A DNA stretch of 64,000 nucleotides from a virus. Taxonomy: Duplodnaviria > Caudoviricetes. Positions within the stretch are counted from its first letter, which is position 1; every line of letters starts with the position of its first letter. The translations under genes were made by a program, and so were the position numbers. The notes beneath the pieces are model-generated. The model did no database searches, was not told where the DNA came from, and saw only the letters and a list, made by a program, of their open reading frames with translations. Below, piece after piece: positions 45,697 to 53,979 of this stretch. The stretch lies in the IMG/VR virus record IMGVR_UViG_3300029267_004155; one strand, 5' to 3'.

Positions 45697-46428
45697 ATGC
45701 TCAGGAAGGCCTACTCGTACGGGTGCGTGATGGCGCCGCTTCCGGAGGGCGCCGCGGCGCGCATCCGGGAGATCGCCGCGGCCATACCGGACGAGGACAT
45801 ATATGAAAGCGAGGACGGGGAGCACGGGCGCGAGGATGACGTCCATGTCACCGTCAAGTACGGGCTCCACACGTCCGACCACGAGGAGGTGAGGAAGGCG
45901 CTTCAGGGGTTCGGGCCGGTCCGGGCCACTCTGAGGAGGCTGACGGCCTTCCACGCTCCCGACTTCGTGGTGCTGAAGGTGTCGGTGGAGAGCGAGGACC
46001 TCATCCGCCTGAACAGGCTCGTCTGCGACAGCTTCGAGTTCACCGACAGCCATCCGGAGTACCGGCCGCACGCGACGGTGGCCTACCTCCGGCACCGGCC
46101 GGCGGACCCCTACTGGTACAAGGCGGCCTTCGCGGGGCCGGGCCTGGACATGGACGTCGTCATCGACGAGCTGGAGTTCTCCGACGCGGGCGGGAGGCAC
46201 ACCTTCTTCGACCTGTCCGGCAAGCGGGAGGCGGCCAGTGCGAAGGTGGCGTCGCTGTTCCAGATCGACGAGTCGCGGGAAAGGGGGAGGCTCTACATGG
46301 AGGAGCTGAAAAGGAGCGATCCCGAGGAGGCCGCGCGTTTGGAGCGCGCCATCGCGACGTATAATTCAAGGGAACAGATGGCCAGGAGGGTCGCGACCGC
46401 GACCATGGTGGCGACGAGGGCGAGATGA
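45697..46428 (+). CDS. 2H phosphodiesterase (Acb1/T4 57B-like)
   Basis: Two HxT motifs (DVHVTVKYG and YRPHATVAY); AAGGAG SD; C-terminal MARRVA tag. Confidence 0.8.
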   Translation: MLRKAYSYGCVMAPLPEGAAARIREIAAAIPDEDIYESEDGEHGREDDVHVTVKYGLHTSDHEEVRKALQGFGPVRATLRRLTAFHAPDFVVLKVSVESEDLIRLNRLVCDSFEFTDSHPEYRPHATVAYLRHRPADPYWYKAAFAGPGLDMDVVIDELEFSDAGGRHTFFDLSGKREAASAKVASLFQIDESRERGRLYMEELKRSDPEEAARLERAIATYNSREQMARRVATATMVATRAR

Positions 46429-47741
46429 GACTGCTGGTGGGATCGATCTATGCCGACCGCGGGGATGGGCAGAGGGAATGGCTCTCAGTCCAGAGGCGGT
46501 TCCTCGGGGCCACGACCGAGAACTTCGACCATGTCGTCGTGGTGAACGACGCCCAGGTCCCGGACCAGACCTGGGAGGGTGTCGAGGTGATCTCGGCCAA
46601 GGACCGCAAGGACCCGTCGCAGGCCCACCTTGGTGGCTTGAACGACCTGGCCGAGTGCTTCAGGGCCCGTCGCGCCGACTACGACTACTTCCTGGTGATC
46701 GACAACGACGCCTTCCCGATCCGGAGGGGGTGGCTCGACGACCTGGCGCCGATGGTGCCGGACGGCCACATCGCCATAGCCCTGAGGAGCGAGAACCTGG
46801 AGCAGAGGCTTCACGCCTCGATCCTGTTGGCGACGCCAGGGGCCCTGGACGACCTGGAGTTCCGGCTTTCGGAGTGCGCCAGCCTGACGGGCGAGACGGA
46901 GATGGACATCATGCCTGTCCGGTGGACGACGGGGCAGCTGGGCCGGGTCTTCCCGCTGATGAGGTCCAACATGCGGAACGTGCACCCGACGCGGTGCGGG
47001 GTCTACTACGACATGTTCTACCATCACGGGAGCGGGACGCCGAACCGCGGGGAGAAGGTCGAGCGGTGGATGAGGGGCGACGCCTACTGGGACCCGGTGG
47101 TCCCGAGCGGGGTTGACGACTGCGGGCGCTTCCGTGCCCGTCTCATGCGCGACCCGGAGGGGTTCGTGGCGTGGCTGGCCGGCTGGACGCCGGACGGCTA
47201 TCCGAGGAGAGGGAGGGACGAGCCGTCCATGGCGTGGGAGCGGGACGGGGTCTCGTTCCGGAAGGTCGGGGAGGGCGACCTGGAGGACCTCATGAGGCTC
47301 AAGATGGAGGTGTGGGAGAGCAACCACTCGACCGCTTTCCTCAACATGTGCGACCAGAGGGGCTGGCTGGAGGGCCTGGGCGTCACCAACCCTGGCAACC
47401 TGGTCTTGATGGCCATGTGCGACGGCCAGGTGTTCGGAGTCCTGAAGGTGCTGGGGATCGACTGGGTGAGCCGGTCGGCCTCGGTCGGCTGGGACGTCTT
47501 CGAGGGGCGCCGCGGCAACGGCCTCGGGAAGAGGCTCGTGGCTGCCGGGGTCCGCTTCTGCGTGGACGTGCTCGGGCTGGGGAGCCTGGATGCCGAGATT
47601 CTGGCCGGGAACCACGCGAGCGCGAAGTGCGCTGTGGCCGCGGGCTTCAGGCCGGTCGGTGTCAGGAAGGCCCGGGTCTGGAGGAACGGGAGGCATGTCG
47701 ACAGCGCGGTCTACGAGTTCGTGAAGACAGGGAGACAGTGA
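46425..47741 (+). CDS. GT-A-like domain + GNAT acetyltransferase fusion
   Basis: YFLVIDNDAFP, FYHHG; RRGNGLGKRLV, NHASAKC..AGF. Confidence 0.78.
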   Translation: MRLLVGSIYADRGDGQREWLSVQRRFLGATTENFDHVVVVNDAQVPDQTWEGVEVISAKDRKDPSQAHLGGLNDLAECFRARRADYDYFLVIDNDAFPIRRGWLDDLAPMVPDGHIAIALRSENLEQRLHASILLATPGALDDLEFRLSECASLTGETEMDIMPVRWTTGQLGRVFPLMRSNMRNVHPTRCGVYYDMFYHHGSGTPNRGEKVERWMRGDAYWDPVVPSGVDDCGRFRARLMRDPEGFVAWLAGWTPDGYPRRGRDEPSMAWERDGVSFRKVGEGDLEDLMRLKMEVWESNHSTAFLNMCDQRGWLEGLGVTNPGNLVLMAMCDGQVFGVLKVLGIDWVSRSASVGWDVFEGRRGNGLGKRLVAAGVRFCVDVLGLGSLDAEILAGNHASAKCAVAAGFRPVGVRKARVWRNGRHVDSAVYEFVKTGRQ

Positions 47742-48394
47742 TGCCGTACAATCCGAATCGTCCGCCGAGGAAGCTGAGCGACTATCCGAAGAAGTTGCAG
47801 AGGCAATGGGTCCATGTCTTCAATTCATGTATGGGTCGTGGCGGCGACGAGGGGAAGTGCCACGCGATGGCGTATTCGGTGGTGAACAGGGAGATGGGCA
47901 AGTCGGGCTCCGACAGGTCGGGGCGCTACCGGGAGGTGGAGCCGCCGGCCATGGGCGCGTTCGACGACGAGATAGACGGCATCGAGACGGCGGTGGTGGA
48001 GTCTCTGAAGGATCAGGGTGGCGTGGACATGGGAAAGGAAGCGTGTATAATGAGGTGGAACAGGCAGATGGTCGCCCGGGAGCTCCTTGTCGTGGCAAGG
48101 GAGCTTTCCGGCGCGAGCTTTCAGGAAGAGGCGAAGGCGTTGAGGATGAAGGGCTATGTCCAGGACTTCTCGAAGGCGGTCGGAAAGTTCCGGCACGACG
48201 CCAACGAGTTCGTCGACAGGATGACGGCGGCGGTTGAGAATCCGTCGGCTCTCCGGGAGTTCCCGTTCCTGCGGGCGGTGCTGGGAGAGCTGAGGGAGCA
48301 GAAGCGCGGCCTCTTGCCGATGACGTTCCTGGACGACCGCGACCTCATGTCGATGCTGGAGCGCGTGGTGTGCAAAGATTCGGGGAGCTGCTGA
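47741..48394 (+). CDS. ChaB-like domain fused to tagged domain
   Basis: MPY...LQRQWVHVFNS...AMAYSVV; internal MVARELLVVARELSG at about 48068. Confidence 0.7.
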   Translation: MPYNPNRPPRKLSDYPKKLQRQWVHVFNSCMGRGGDEGKCHAMAYSVVNREMGKSGSDRSGRYREVEPPAMGAFDDEIDGIETAVVESLKDQGGVDMGKEACIMRWNRQMVARELLVVARELSGASFQEEAKALRMKGYVQDFSKAVGKFRHDANEFVDRMTAAVENPSALREFPFLRAVLGELREQKRGLLPMTFLDDRDLMSMLERVVCKDSGSC

Positions 48395-48396
48395 GC

Positions 48397-48615
48397 GTGC
48401 TAGAGAGGCCGACCTATTCTGCGGGATGGAAGGGGGAGTCCGGATGCGCCTGGTACATGGGGCTGGAGACGGTCAGGAAGAGCTGCTGCGGGGGCAGGCG
48501 CGTGACCGAGAAGCACTATGTCCGATGCTCGATGCGCGGTGACAGGGTGCCGGCCCGGGTGACTTGCCGTCAGGACGTGTGCAGGTCCTACCTGCGCCGC
48601 AAGGCGGACATATGA
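48397..48615 (+). CDS. small Cys-rich hypothetical protein (start uncertain)
   Basis: Several Cys (C, CC, C, C, C); fills the gap. Confidence 0.4.
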   Translation: MLERPTYSAGWKGESGCAWYMGLETVRKSCCGGRRVTEKHYVRCSMRGDRVPARVTCRQDVCRSYLRRKADI

Positions 48616-48628
48616 GAAGGAGGCGAAG

Positions 48629-48919
48629 ATGGAAAAGAAGATTGACAAGCTGTTCCTGTCGAAGGGGTGCCCCGAGTGCGCTCCTGTGCGTGCGGCGCTG
48701 GACATGGCCGCTGTCGAGGAGGACGAGTTCCGCGGGAAGGAGGGGCAGCAGCTTCTCGTTTTCGCCGCCATGTCCGACAACGCGGCGCGCGTGCTCCTGA
48801 ACGTGTTCGACCTTCCTGACAAGTTCACCCCGCTGCTCGTCACCCATGACGGGAAGGTCTGGGAGAAGGTCGCCCAGATCGTGGGGCATCTGAGGCGCAA
48901 CGGCATGGCCGTCTCGTAA
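48629..48919 (+). CDS. glutaredoxin/thioredoxin-like protein
   Basis: LFLSKGCPEC and FTPLLV (cis-Pro-like); AAGGAGG SD. Confidence 0.6.
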   Translation: MEKKIDKLFLSKGCPECAPVRAALDMAAVEEDEFRGKEGQQLLVFAAMSDNAARVLLNVFDLPDKFTPLLVTHDGKVWEKVAQIVGHLRRNGMAVS

Positions 48920-48932
48920 GGGGGGCGGTGAC

Positions 48933-50117
48933 ATGATAGTTCGTCTCGGCCACGACAGGGGAAATCTCACGGGCCCGATCGTCGATGGCAGCTGCGTCAG
49001 GCAGTCCTTCCAGGCGGAGGGCGACCATCTGGCCTTGGTCGGCGTGTGCTTCGCCACCTACAAGCGAAGTTCCAACTACGGCCTCATGACCCTGGAGGTG
49101 CTCGACTCGAAGGGCGAGCGCCTGGCGGCGTCGACGGCCGACGTCTCCACTTTCAGGGACAACTCCTACCACGAGTTCCGGGTCGACAAGCCCGTCGAGG
49201 CCGGCAAGCCGTACGAGATCAGGCTTCGCACGGAGAACTGCCGGTCGGGGACGTCGGTCACGGCCAAGTGGGGGCGGAGGTTGAAGGACGGCCACTTCTT
49301 CATCGGCTCCAAGCTCGTCCAGGGCGAGCTGGCGGCCTCCTTCCTGTACGCCGACAAGGAGCCGGACGGCTCTATGGCCGAGGTGCGGAAGCCGCCTCCG
49401 CTGGTCGGCCCTCCGGAGGGCTACCTGCCCGGGCTCGTGACGGTGGTCATTCCGCACTACAACTGCGCCCAGCTCCTCGGGGAGGCCCTGAAGTCGCTCG
49501 TGGGGCAGACCTACAAGGGCTTCGAGGCGATCGTCGTCGACGACGGGTCGGTCGAGGGCGAGCGCAACGCGGCGGAGTCCATGACCTCCATCTTCGAGGT
49601 GCTCGTGCCGGGCGTCCGGTTCATGGCGCTGCCGGAGAACCGTGGCGCGCCGGCGGCCAGGAACGCGGGGGCGGCCGAGGGGTCGGGGGAGTACATCTTC
49701 TTCCTGGACTCCGACTGCTCCCTCTACCCGCAGGCCCTGGAGTGGCTCGTGGCGGCCCTGGTGGACGACCGCGAGGCCGCGTACTCCTATGGCGGCTTCC
49801 GGTGGGGCGATGACGAGATCGCGCCGAGGCCGTTCGACCCGGAGATGCTGCGGGCCAGGAACTACGTGTCGACCATGTCGCTGGTCAGGAGGTCCGACTT
49901 CCCCGGTTTCGACGAGAGCCTGAGGAGGCATCAGGACTGGGACCTGTGGCTGACGCTGCTGGGCGCCGGCAGGCGGGGGGTCTGCTGCGGGAAGATGCTG
50001 TTCGAGACGCCGAAGCGGGAAGGAGGCATCAGCGACGACGCGAACATCCCGATGGTCGAGTCAAGGGACATCGTGAGAAGGAAGCACGGCCTGGGGACGG
50101 GAAGGGGGCGGCCGTGA
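48933..50117 (+). CDS. GT2 glycosyltransferase with N-terminal beta-rich domain
   Basis: VTVVIPHYN, IVVDDGS, GAPAARN, FFLDSD, QDWDLW. Confidence 0.88.
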   Translation: MIVRLGHDRGNLTGPIVDGSCVRQSFQAEGDHLALVGVCFATYKRSSNYGLMTLEVLDSKGERLAASTADVSTFRDNSYHEFRVDKPVEAGKPYEIRLRTENCRSGTSVTAKWGRRLKDGHFFIGSKLVQGELAASFLYADKEPDGSMAEVRKPPPLVGPPEGYLPGLVTVVIPHYNCAQLLGEALKSLVGQTYKGFEAIVVDDGSVEGERNAAESMTSIFEVLVPGVRFMALPENRGAPAARNAGAAEGSGEYIFFLDSDCSLYPQALEWLVAALVDDREAAYSYGGFRWGDDEIAPRPFDPEMLRARNYVSTMSLVRRSDFPGFDESLRRHQDWDLWLTLLGAGRRGVCCGKMLFETPKREGGISDDANIPMVESRDIVRRKHGLGTGRGRP

Positions 50118-50914
50118 CGCCGTGGGCAGACATCATCGTTCCGACGCATGGCCAGACCGAGAAGACCGTCAGGTGCCTGAGGTCGCTCAGGGCGTTCACG
50201 TCGTCGTACAGGGTCCTGTGGGTGGACAACGGGTCCTCGCCGGCGTCGAGGGCCGCGGTCATCGACGAGCTGAGGGCGCACGCCGACCATGCCTCCTTCT
50301 GGGCGGCCGACAGGCTCGGCTTCGTCGGGGCGGCCAACCTCGGGCTGAGGCTCGCCCTCGGGCCGCTGGACTCCGGGTCGCCCTACGTGGCGCTGCTGAA
50401 CAACGACGTGGTCGTGACGAAGGGGTGGCTGGAGAGGCTGAGGGGCGTCCTGGACAGGGAACGGACAGTTCACGCCGTCGGGCCGGTCACGAGCGAATGC
50501 CAGTCGTGGCAGTCGTTCCTGAACGCGGGCAAGGTGGTGCTGGCGTTCCAGGTCCCGCAGGGGTTCCACGGGCTGGGCGTCGACGAGAGGGCGGCCAGGC
50601 TGGCCTACTGCTACGGCGACCTCTGGAGGCCGTGCCGGATGCTGGCCTTCTTCTGCACGCTCTTCCGAAAGGACGTCTTTCGGGACGTCGGGCTCCTGGA
50701 CGACGGCTTCGAGGAAGGCCTGGGGGACGACGATGATTTTTGCATTAGAATGGCGGCCAACGCCATGCGGTGCGCGCTGGTCATGGGCTGCTACGTCCAT
50801 CACGACCATCGGTCGACGTTCGCGTCCCTCTACTCGGACAGCGAGATAGACGACATGAGCAGGAGGCACCTGGAGCGCTTCCGGGAGAAGCACGGCGAGG
50901 AGGCCAGGGTCTGA
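50114..50914 (+). CDS. GT2 glycosyltransferase
   Basis: DIIVPT, WVDNGS, LLNNDVVV, GDDDDFC. Confidence 0.88.
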   Translation: MTPWADIIVPTHGQTEKTVRCLRSLRAFTSSYRVLWVDNGSSPASRAAVIDELRAHADHASFWAADRLGFVGAANLGLRLALGPLDSGSPYVALLNNDVVVTKGWLERLRGVLDRERTVHAVGPVTSECQSWQSFLNAGKVVLAFQVPQGFHGLGVDERAARLAYCYGDLWRPCRMLAFFCTLFRKDVFRDVGLLDDGFEEGLGDDDDFCIRMAANAMRCALVMGCYVHHDHRSTFASLYSDSEIDDMSRRHLERFREKHGEEARV

Positions 50915-51120
50915 TGTGCAGATGCCCGTGCGGATGCGAGTTCGAGGTGAGGGCGGAGAGGGCGGTGGTCCTCCGCTGCCCGGAGTGCGGCGTCGTGGTC
51001 GTGGCGCGCGACATGGAGACGGCCGAGAGGATGCTGGCCGACAAGGTAAAGGGGATGGCGAATGGAGACGAGAGTGACGGAGAGGGTGGCGCCGCTGCCC
51101 CCGGAGGCGAAAAGGCGTGA
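50914..51120 (+). CDS. small zinc-ribbon protein
   Basis: CPCG...CPECG. Confidence 0.5.
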   Translation: MCRCPCGCEFEVRAERAVVLRCPECGVVVVARDMETAERMLADKVKGMANGDESDGEGGAAAPGGEKA

Positions 51121-52393
51121 CTTGCCGTACGCGGCGGTGAGGCTCCTGCTCGGGGCCAACGTCCATTACAGATACGGAGGCGACGACGGGGCGGTCTGCG
51201 TCGAGATGGGCGCCCAGAGGCAGGTCTTGCACCAGGAAGACTATGACGAGGCGTCCGGTCTGGCCCGTCGACTGCAAGTGGAGTGGGTTGGGTCTCTTGG
51301 TCTGCATGGGGACCTCTGTTGTCCCACCAACGCCCTCAAGGCTCATGAGATAGCCTCCAAGTGGATGGCTCGGGACGGCGGGGACAAGCGGCTTCTGATG
51401 CTGAAGGACACGTCCGGGAGCGGCTGGTGGCGGATGGTGGTCCCGGCCAAGCATTTCGAGATGGACGGGTGGGCCTGCGACGTGACGAGCGGGCAGGTGC
51501 CCTTCGAGAACCTGCTGGAGTACGACACGATCTTCGTGCAGAGGGTCCACGACTGGGAGTCCTACTACGTCCTGGAGAAGGCGAGGAGGGCAGGCAAGAG
51601 GCTCGTCTACGACATCGACGACGACCTGTTCAACATCCCGAAGGACAACCCGGCCCACAAGCTCATCACCAGGGACGAGCAGATGGCGGCCATGGCCTGC
51701 ATGAGGCTGGCCGACGTGGTCACGACCACGACCGAGGTTCTGGCGAGCCGGCTGGAGGGCGAGCTCGGGGAGACGGACATCGTCGTGATCCCGAACGCCC
51801 TGGACGTCGCTGACGGGTGGCAGGAGCCGGGGCTCGGGAGCCCGGACGGGGCAAAGCGCATCTTCTGGCAGGGGAGCGCGACCCACGCGGCCGACTGGGA
51901 CCTCTGTCTCGGGCCGATCAGGAGGATCATGACGGAGAGGGAGGACGTGCGCCTGGTGATCCTGGGCTTCCTGCCCCCGCAGGTTGCCGCGGAGGCTGGG
52001 GCTCCCCATTTCAAGGGGAGGATCGAGTATCTCGGCTTCAGCGCCCCGGAGACATACTACCAGCTGATTCACCACGTCCGTGCCGAGGTCGGGATCGCCC
52101 CGCTCCGGAGCACCCCGTTCAGCATGGCCAAGAGCTCGATCAAGTTCCTGGAGTTCACGCTCATGGGCATTCCCACGGTGGCGTCCGACTGCGCGCCCTA
52201 TGACGGCGTGATCGACGACGGGAAGGACGGCTTCCTGGTGGACGGGGAGGACGAATGGCACGAGGCGCTGACGAGATGTCTGGACAGGACCAACAAGCGG
52301 ATCGACATGGTGAGGGCGGCCAGGAGGAAGGTGGCGGCGACCATGGACGTCAGGAAGACGGCCAAGGCGTGGACCGAAGTTCTCTGCTGCTAG
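51062..52393 (+). CDS. GT-B (GT4-like) glycosyltransferase
   Basis: SGSGWWR, VYDIDDDL, WQGSATH, APL..PFSMAKS.IKFLE. Confidence 0.85.
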   Translation: METRVTERVAPLPPEAKRRDLPYAAVRLLLGANVHYRYGGDDGAVCVEMGAQRQVLHQEDYDEASGLARRLQVEWVGSLGLHGDLCCPTNALKAHEIASKWMARDGGDKRLLMLKDTSGSGWWRMVVPAKHFEMDGWACDVTSGQVPFENLLEYDTIFVQRVHDWESYYVLEKARRAGKRLVYDIDDDLFNIPKDNPAHKLITRDEQMAAMACMRLADVVTTTTEVLASRLEGELGETDIVVIPNALDVADGWQEPGLGSPDGAKRIFWQGSATHAADWDLCLGPIRRIMTEREDVRLVILGFLPPQVAAEAGAPHFKGRIEYLGFSAPETYYQLIHHVRAEVGIAPLRSTPFSMAKSSIKFLEFTLMGIPTVASDCAPYDGVIDDGKDGFLVDGEDEWHEALTRCLDRTNKRIDMVRAARRKVAATMDVRKTAKAWTEVLCC

Positions 52394-52501
52394 GCTTCGT
52401 GTGCTACGAGGAGATTGGAGAGGTCCGGGTCGGTAGCGGGATGAAGCTCGAAAGTCCAATCGGCGACGACGGGTCGGTGGTGTCCGTGGACGAGGAGTTC
52501 G

Positions 52502-52945
52502 ATGGCGTGCGATCGTAACATGCTGGTCTGCTTCCGGAGGGGATGCCGGGCGTGCCCCTGGGATGCCAGGGCGATCCCGGAGGACTGCCCGTACGCGATA
52601 TGCCACGCCGTCGAGGTCGAGAGGCTTGGGGACACGATCGAGGGTGGTCGGAGGTCCGGGAAGACGACCAGGCTCCTGGCCATGGCGTCGAGGTTGTCGG
52701 CGGAGGGCTTCCCGGTCTACGTCCTCTGCCGCAACGACGACTCGGCGAGGACGATGCAGGCGGCGTGGAGAGGAGCCGCCAGCTGTAGGTTCATGTCGGC
52801 GATGTGGGCGGGGACGAGGATGAGGGGGCTGAGGCCCGGCTTCGTCATGTTCGACGAGGTGGGAGCGGACGGGGTAGGGGAGGTCATGAGGTTCGCCGAG
52901 CCCGGGGGGCATGTCTTCGCGTGCGCCGTCCGTTCTTCCGAATAA
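52502..52945 (+). CDS. small P-loop NTPase-like protein
   Basis: GGRRSGKTT (Walker A) and MRG...VMFDE (Walker B); Cys-rich N-terminus. Confidence 0.55.
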   Translation: MACDRNMLVCFRRGCRACPWDARAIPEDCPYAICHAVEVERLGDTIEGGRRSGKTTRLLAMASRLSAEGFPVYVLCRNDDSARTMQAAWRGAASCRFMSAMWAGTRMRGLRPGFVMFDEVGADGVGEVMRFAEPGGHVFACAVRSSE

Positions 52946-52969
52946 TTTGATAATGGCGCCTTTGGTGAA
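52940..52969 (+). promoter_or_regulatory. GAATnnTTTGATA..GG.GCCTTTG motif (copy 3)
   Basis: AT-rich intergenic; matches 45640. Confidence 0.55.
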
Positions 52970-53007
52970 GGTTTCCGCAAGTAGGATTTTGTCAACAGGA
53001 GGTTGTC

Positions 53008-53979
53008 ATGCGCAGGTTTTTCTCGTCGCTGAGGAGGGTGATCGCCCTTCAGACGAATCGGGTCGCTCTCGGGCAGGTGGCTGTCGATTTCATCAAGAGG
53101 CTCTACATACCGGAGCTGGAGAGGCTGATCGCCGAGGAGGACAACCCGGCCGACCAGGAGGACATGGAGAAGGCCCTCAGGCTTTGGGAGAGGTCTTCGA
53201 GCAGTTCCGGAGAGAAGGAGTGGAACAACCTGGCCGCGATGGTGGTAAGCTCTGTGGTGGAGGGGATGTGGAGCAGGTCGGCCGACGTGGCTGAGGACGT
53301 GGCCCAGCAGATCGCGGTGGACTTCTATTCGGCACCGAGGCTGACTGCCATGTTCGACAAATTTGCCAATATCGGGAAGGGTGACGTCCAGGTGAAGGAG
53401 GGGTTGACTCAGGGGCCGATAGCGCTGAGGAAGATGTGGGGGAGGACCGTCAAGCTCAGGGCCCTGACGATCATGAGGGAGAGGGCCAGGAAGAATGAGA
53501 AGTTCCCGAGAGAGGAGGGGGGAAGGCTTCCGTCCGGAGACGAGGTGGATATCCTCGACACGTTGGAGAGCGACATGGACGACCTGAGCGCCGCCAGGCT
53601 GAAGAAGATCAAGTGGGACCTGGAGCGGTTCGTGAAGGGCAGGCTGATGGGCAACAAGGGTGCCAGGCGAACCTTCGACATCTGGGAGGAGCTGGCCGAG
53701 AAGAAGGGGGCCGACAAGATCAACGTGTCGAGGGACATCGTGCCCCGCGTGATGGAGGAGATGGGGGTCAAGAAGAGCGTCGTGGGCGAGTGGGCCAAGG
53801 AGATCAGGAGCCTCATCCACGAGTTCTTCCAGATGGGCATGGCCAGGCGCATCGGCTCCGAGGAGAGGGAGAGCCTGAGGATCGCGGCCGGGAGCGAGGG
53901 CGTCGTGGCCTTCGAGGCCTTCGGGCGCATGTTCTGCGCCTGGATGCTCGGGCTGGACCCCCGCGAGGGCCTGCGCTGA
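53008..53979 (+). CDS. hypothetical protein, possible divergent RNA polymerase sigma factor
   Basis: AGGAGG SD; AEDVAQQ..F...W.RTVKLRAL..MR (region 2-like) and EEMGVKKSVVGEW.KEIR (region 4-like). Confidence 0.5.
   Translation: MRRFFSSLRRVIALQTNRVALGQVAVDFIKRLYIPELERLIAEEDNPADQEDMEKALRLWERSSSSSGEKEWNNLAAMVVSSVVEGMWSRSADVAEDVAQQIAVDFYSAPRLTAMFDKFANIGKGDVQVKEGLTQGPIALRKMWGRTVKLRALTIMRERARKNEKFPREEGGRLPSGDEVDILDTLESDMDDLSAARLKKIKWDLERFVKGRLMGNKGARRTFDIWEELAEKKGADKINVSRDIVPRVMEEMGVKKSVVGEWAKEIRSLIHEFFQMGMARRIGSEERESLRIAAGSEGVVAFEAFGRMFCAWMLGLDPREGLR

Noticed and set aside
49931-52912. Long minus-strand ORFs (e.g. 993 aa here; also 17099-18979, 26996-28960, 28632-30932, 35592-37571)
   Set aside because: Antisense shadows of high-GC + strand genes; Pro/Arg/His-rich with no motifs.
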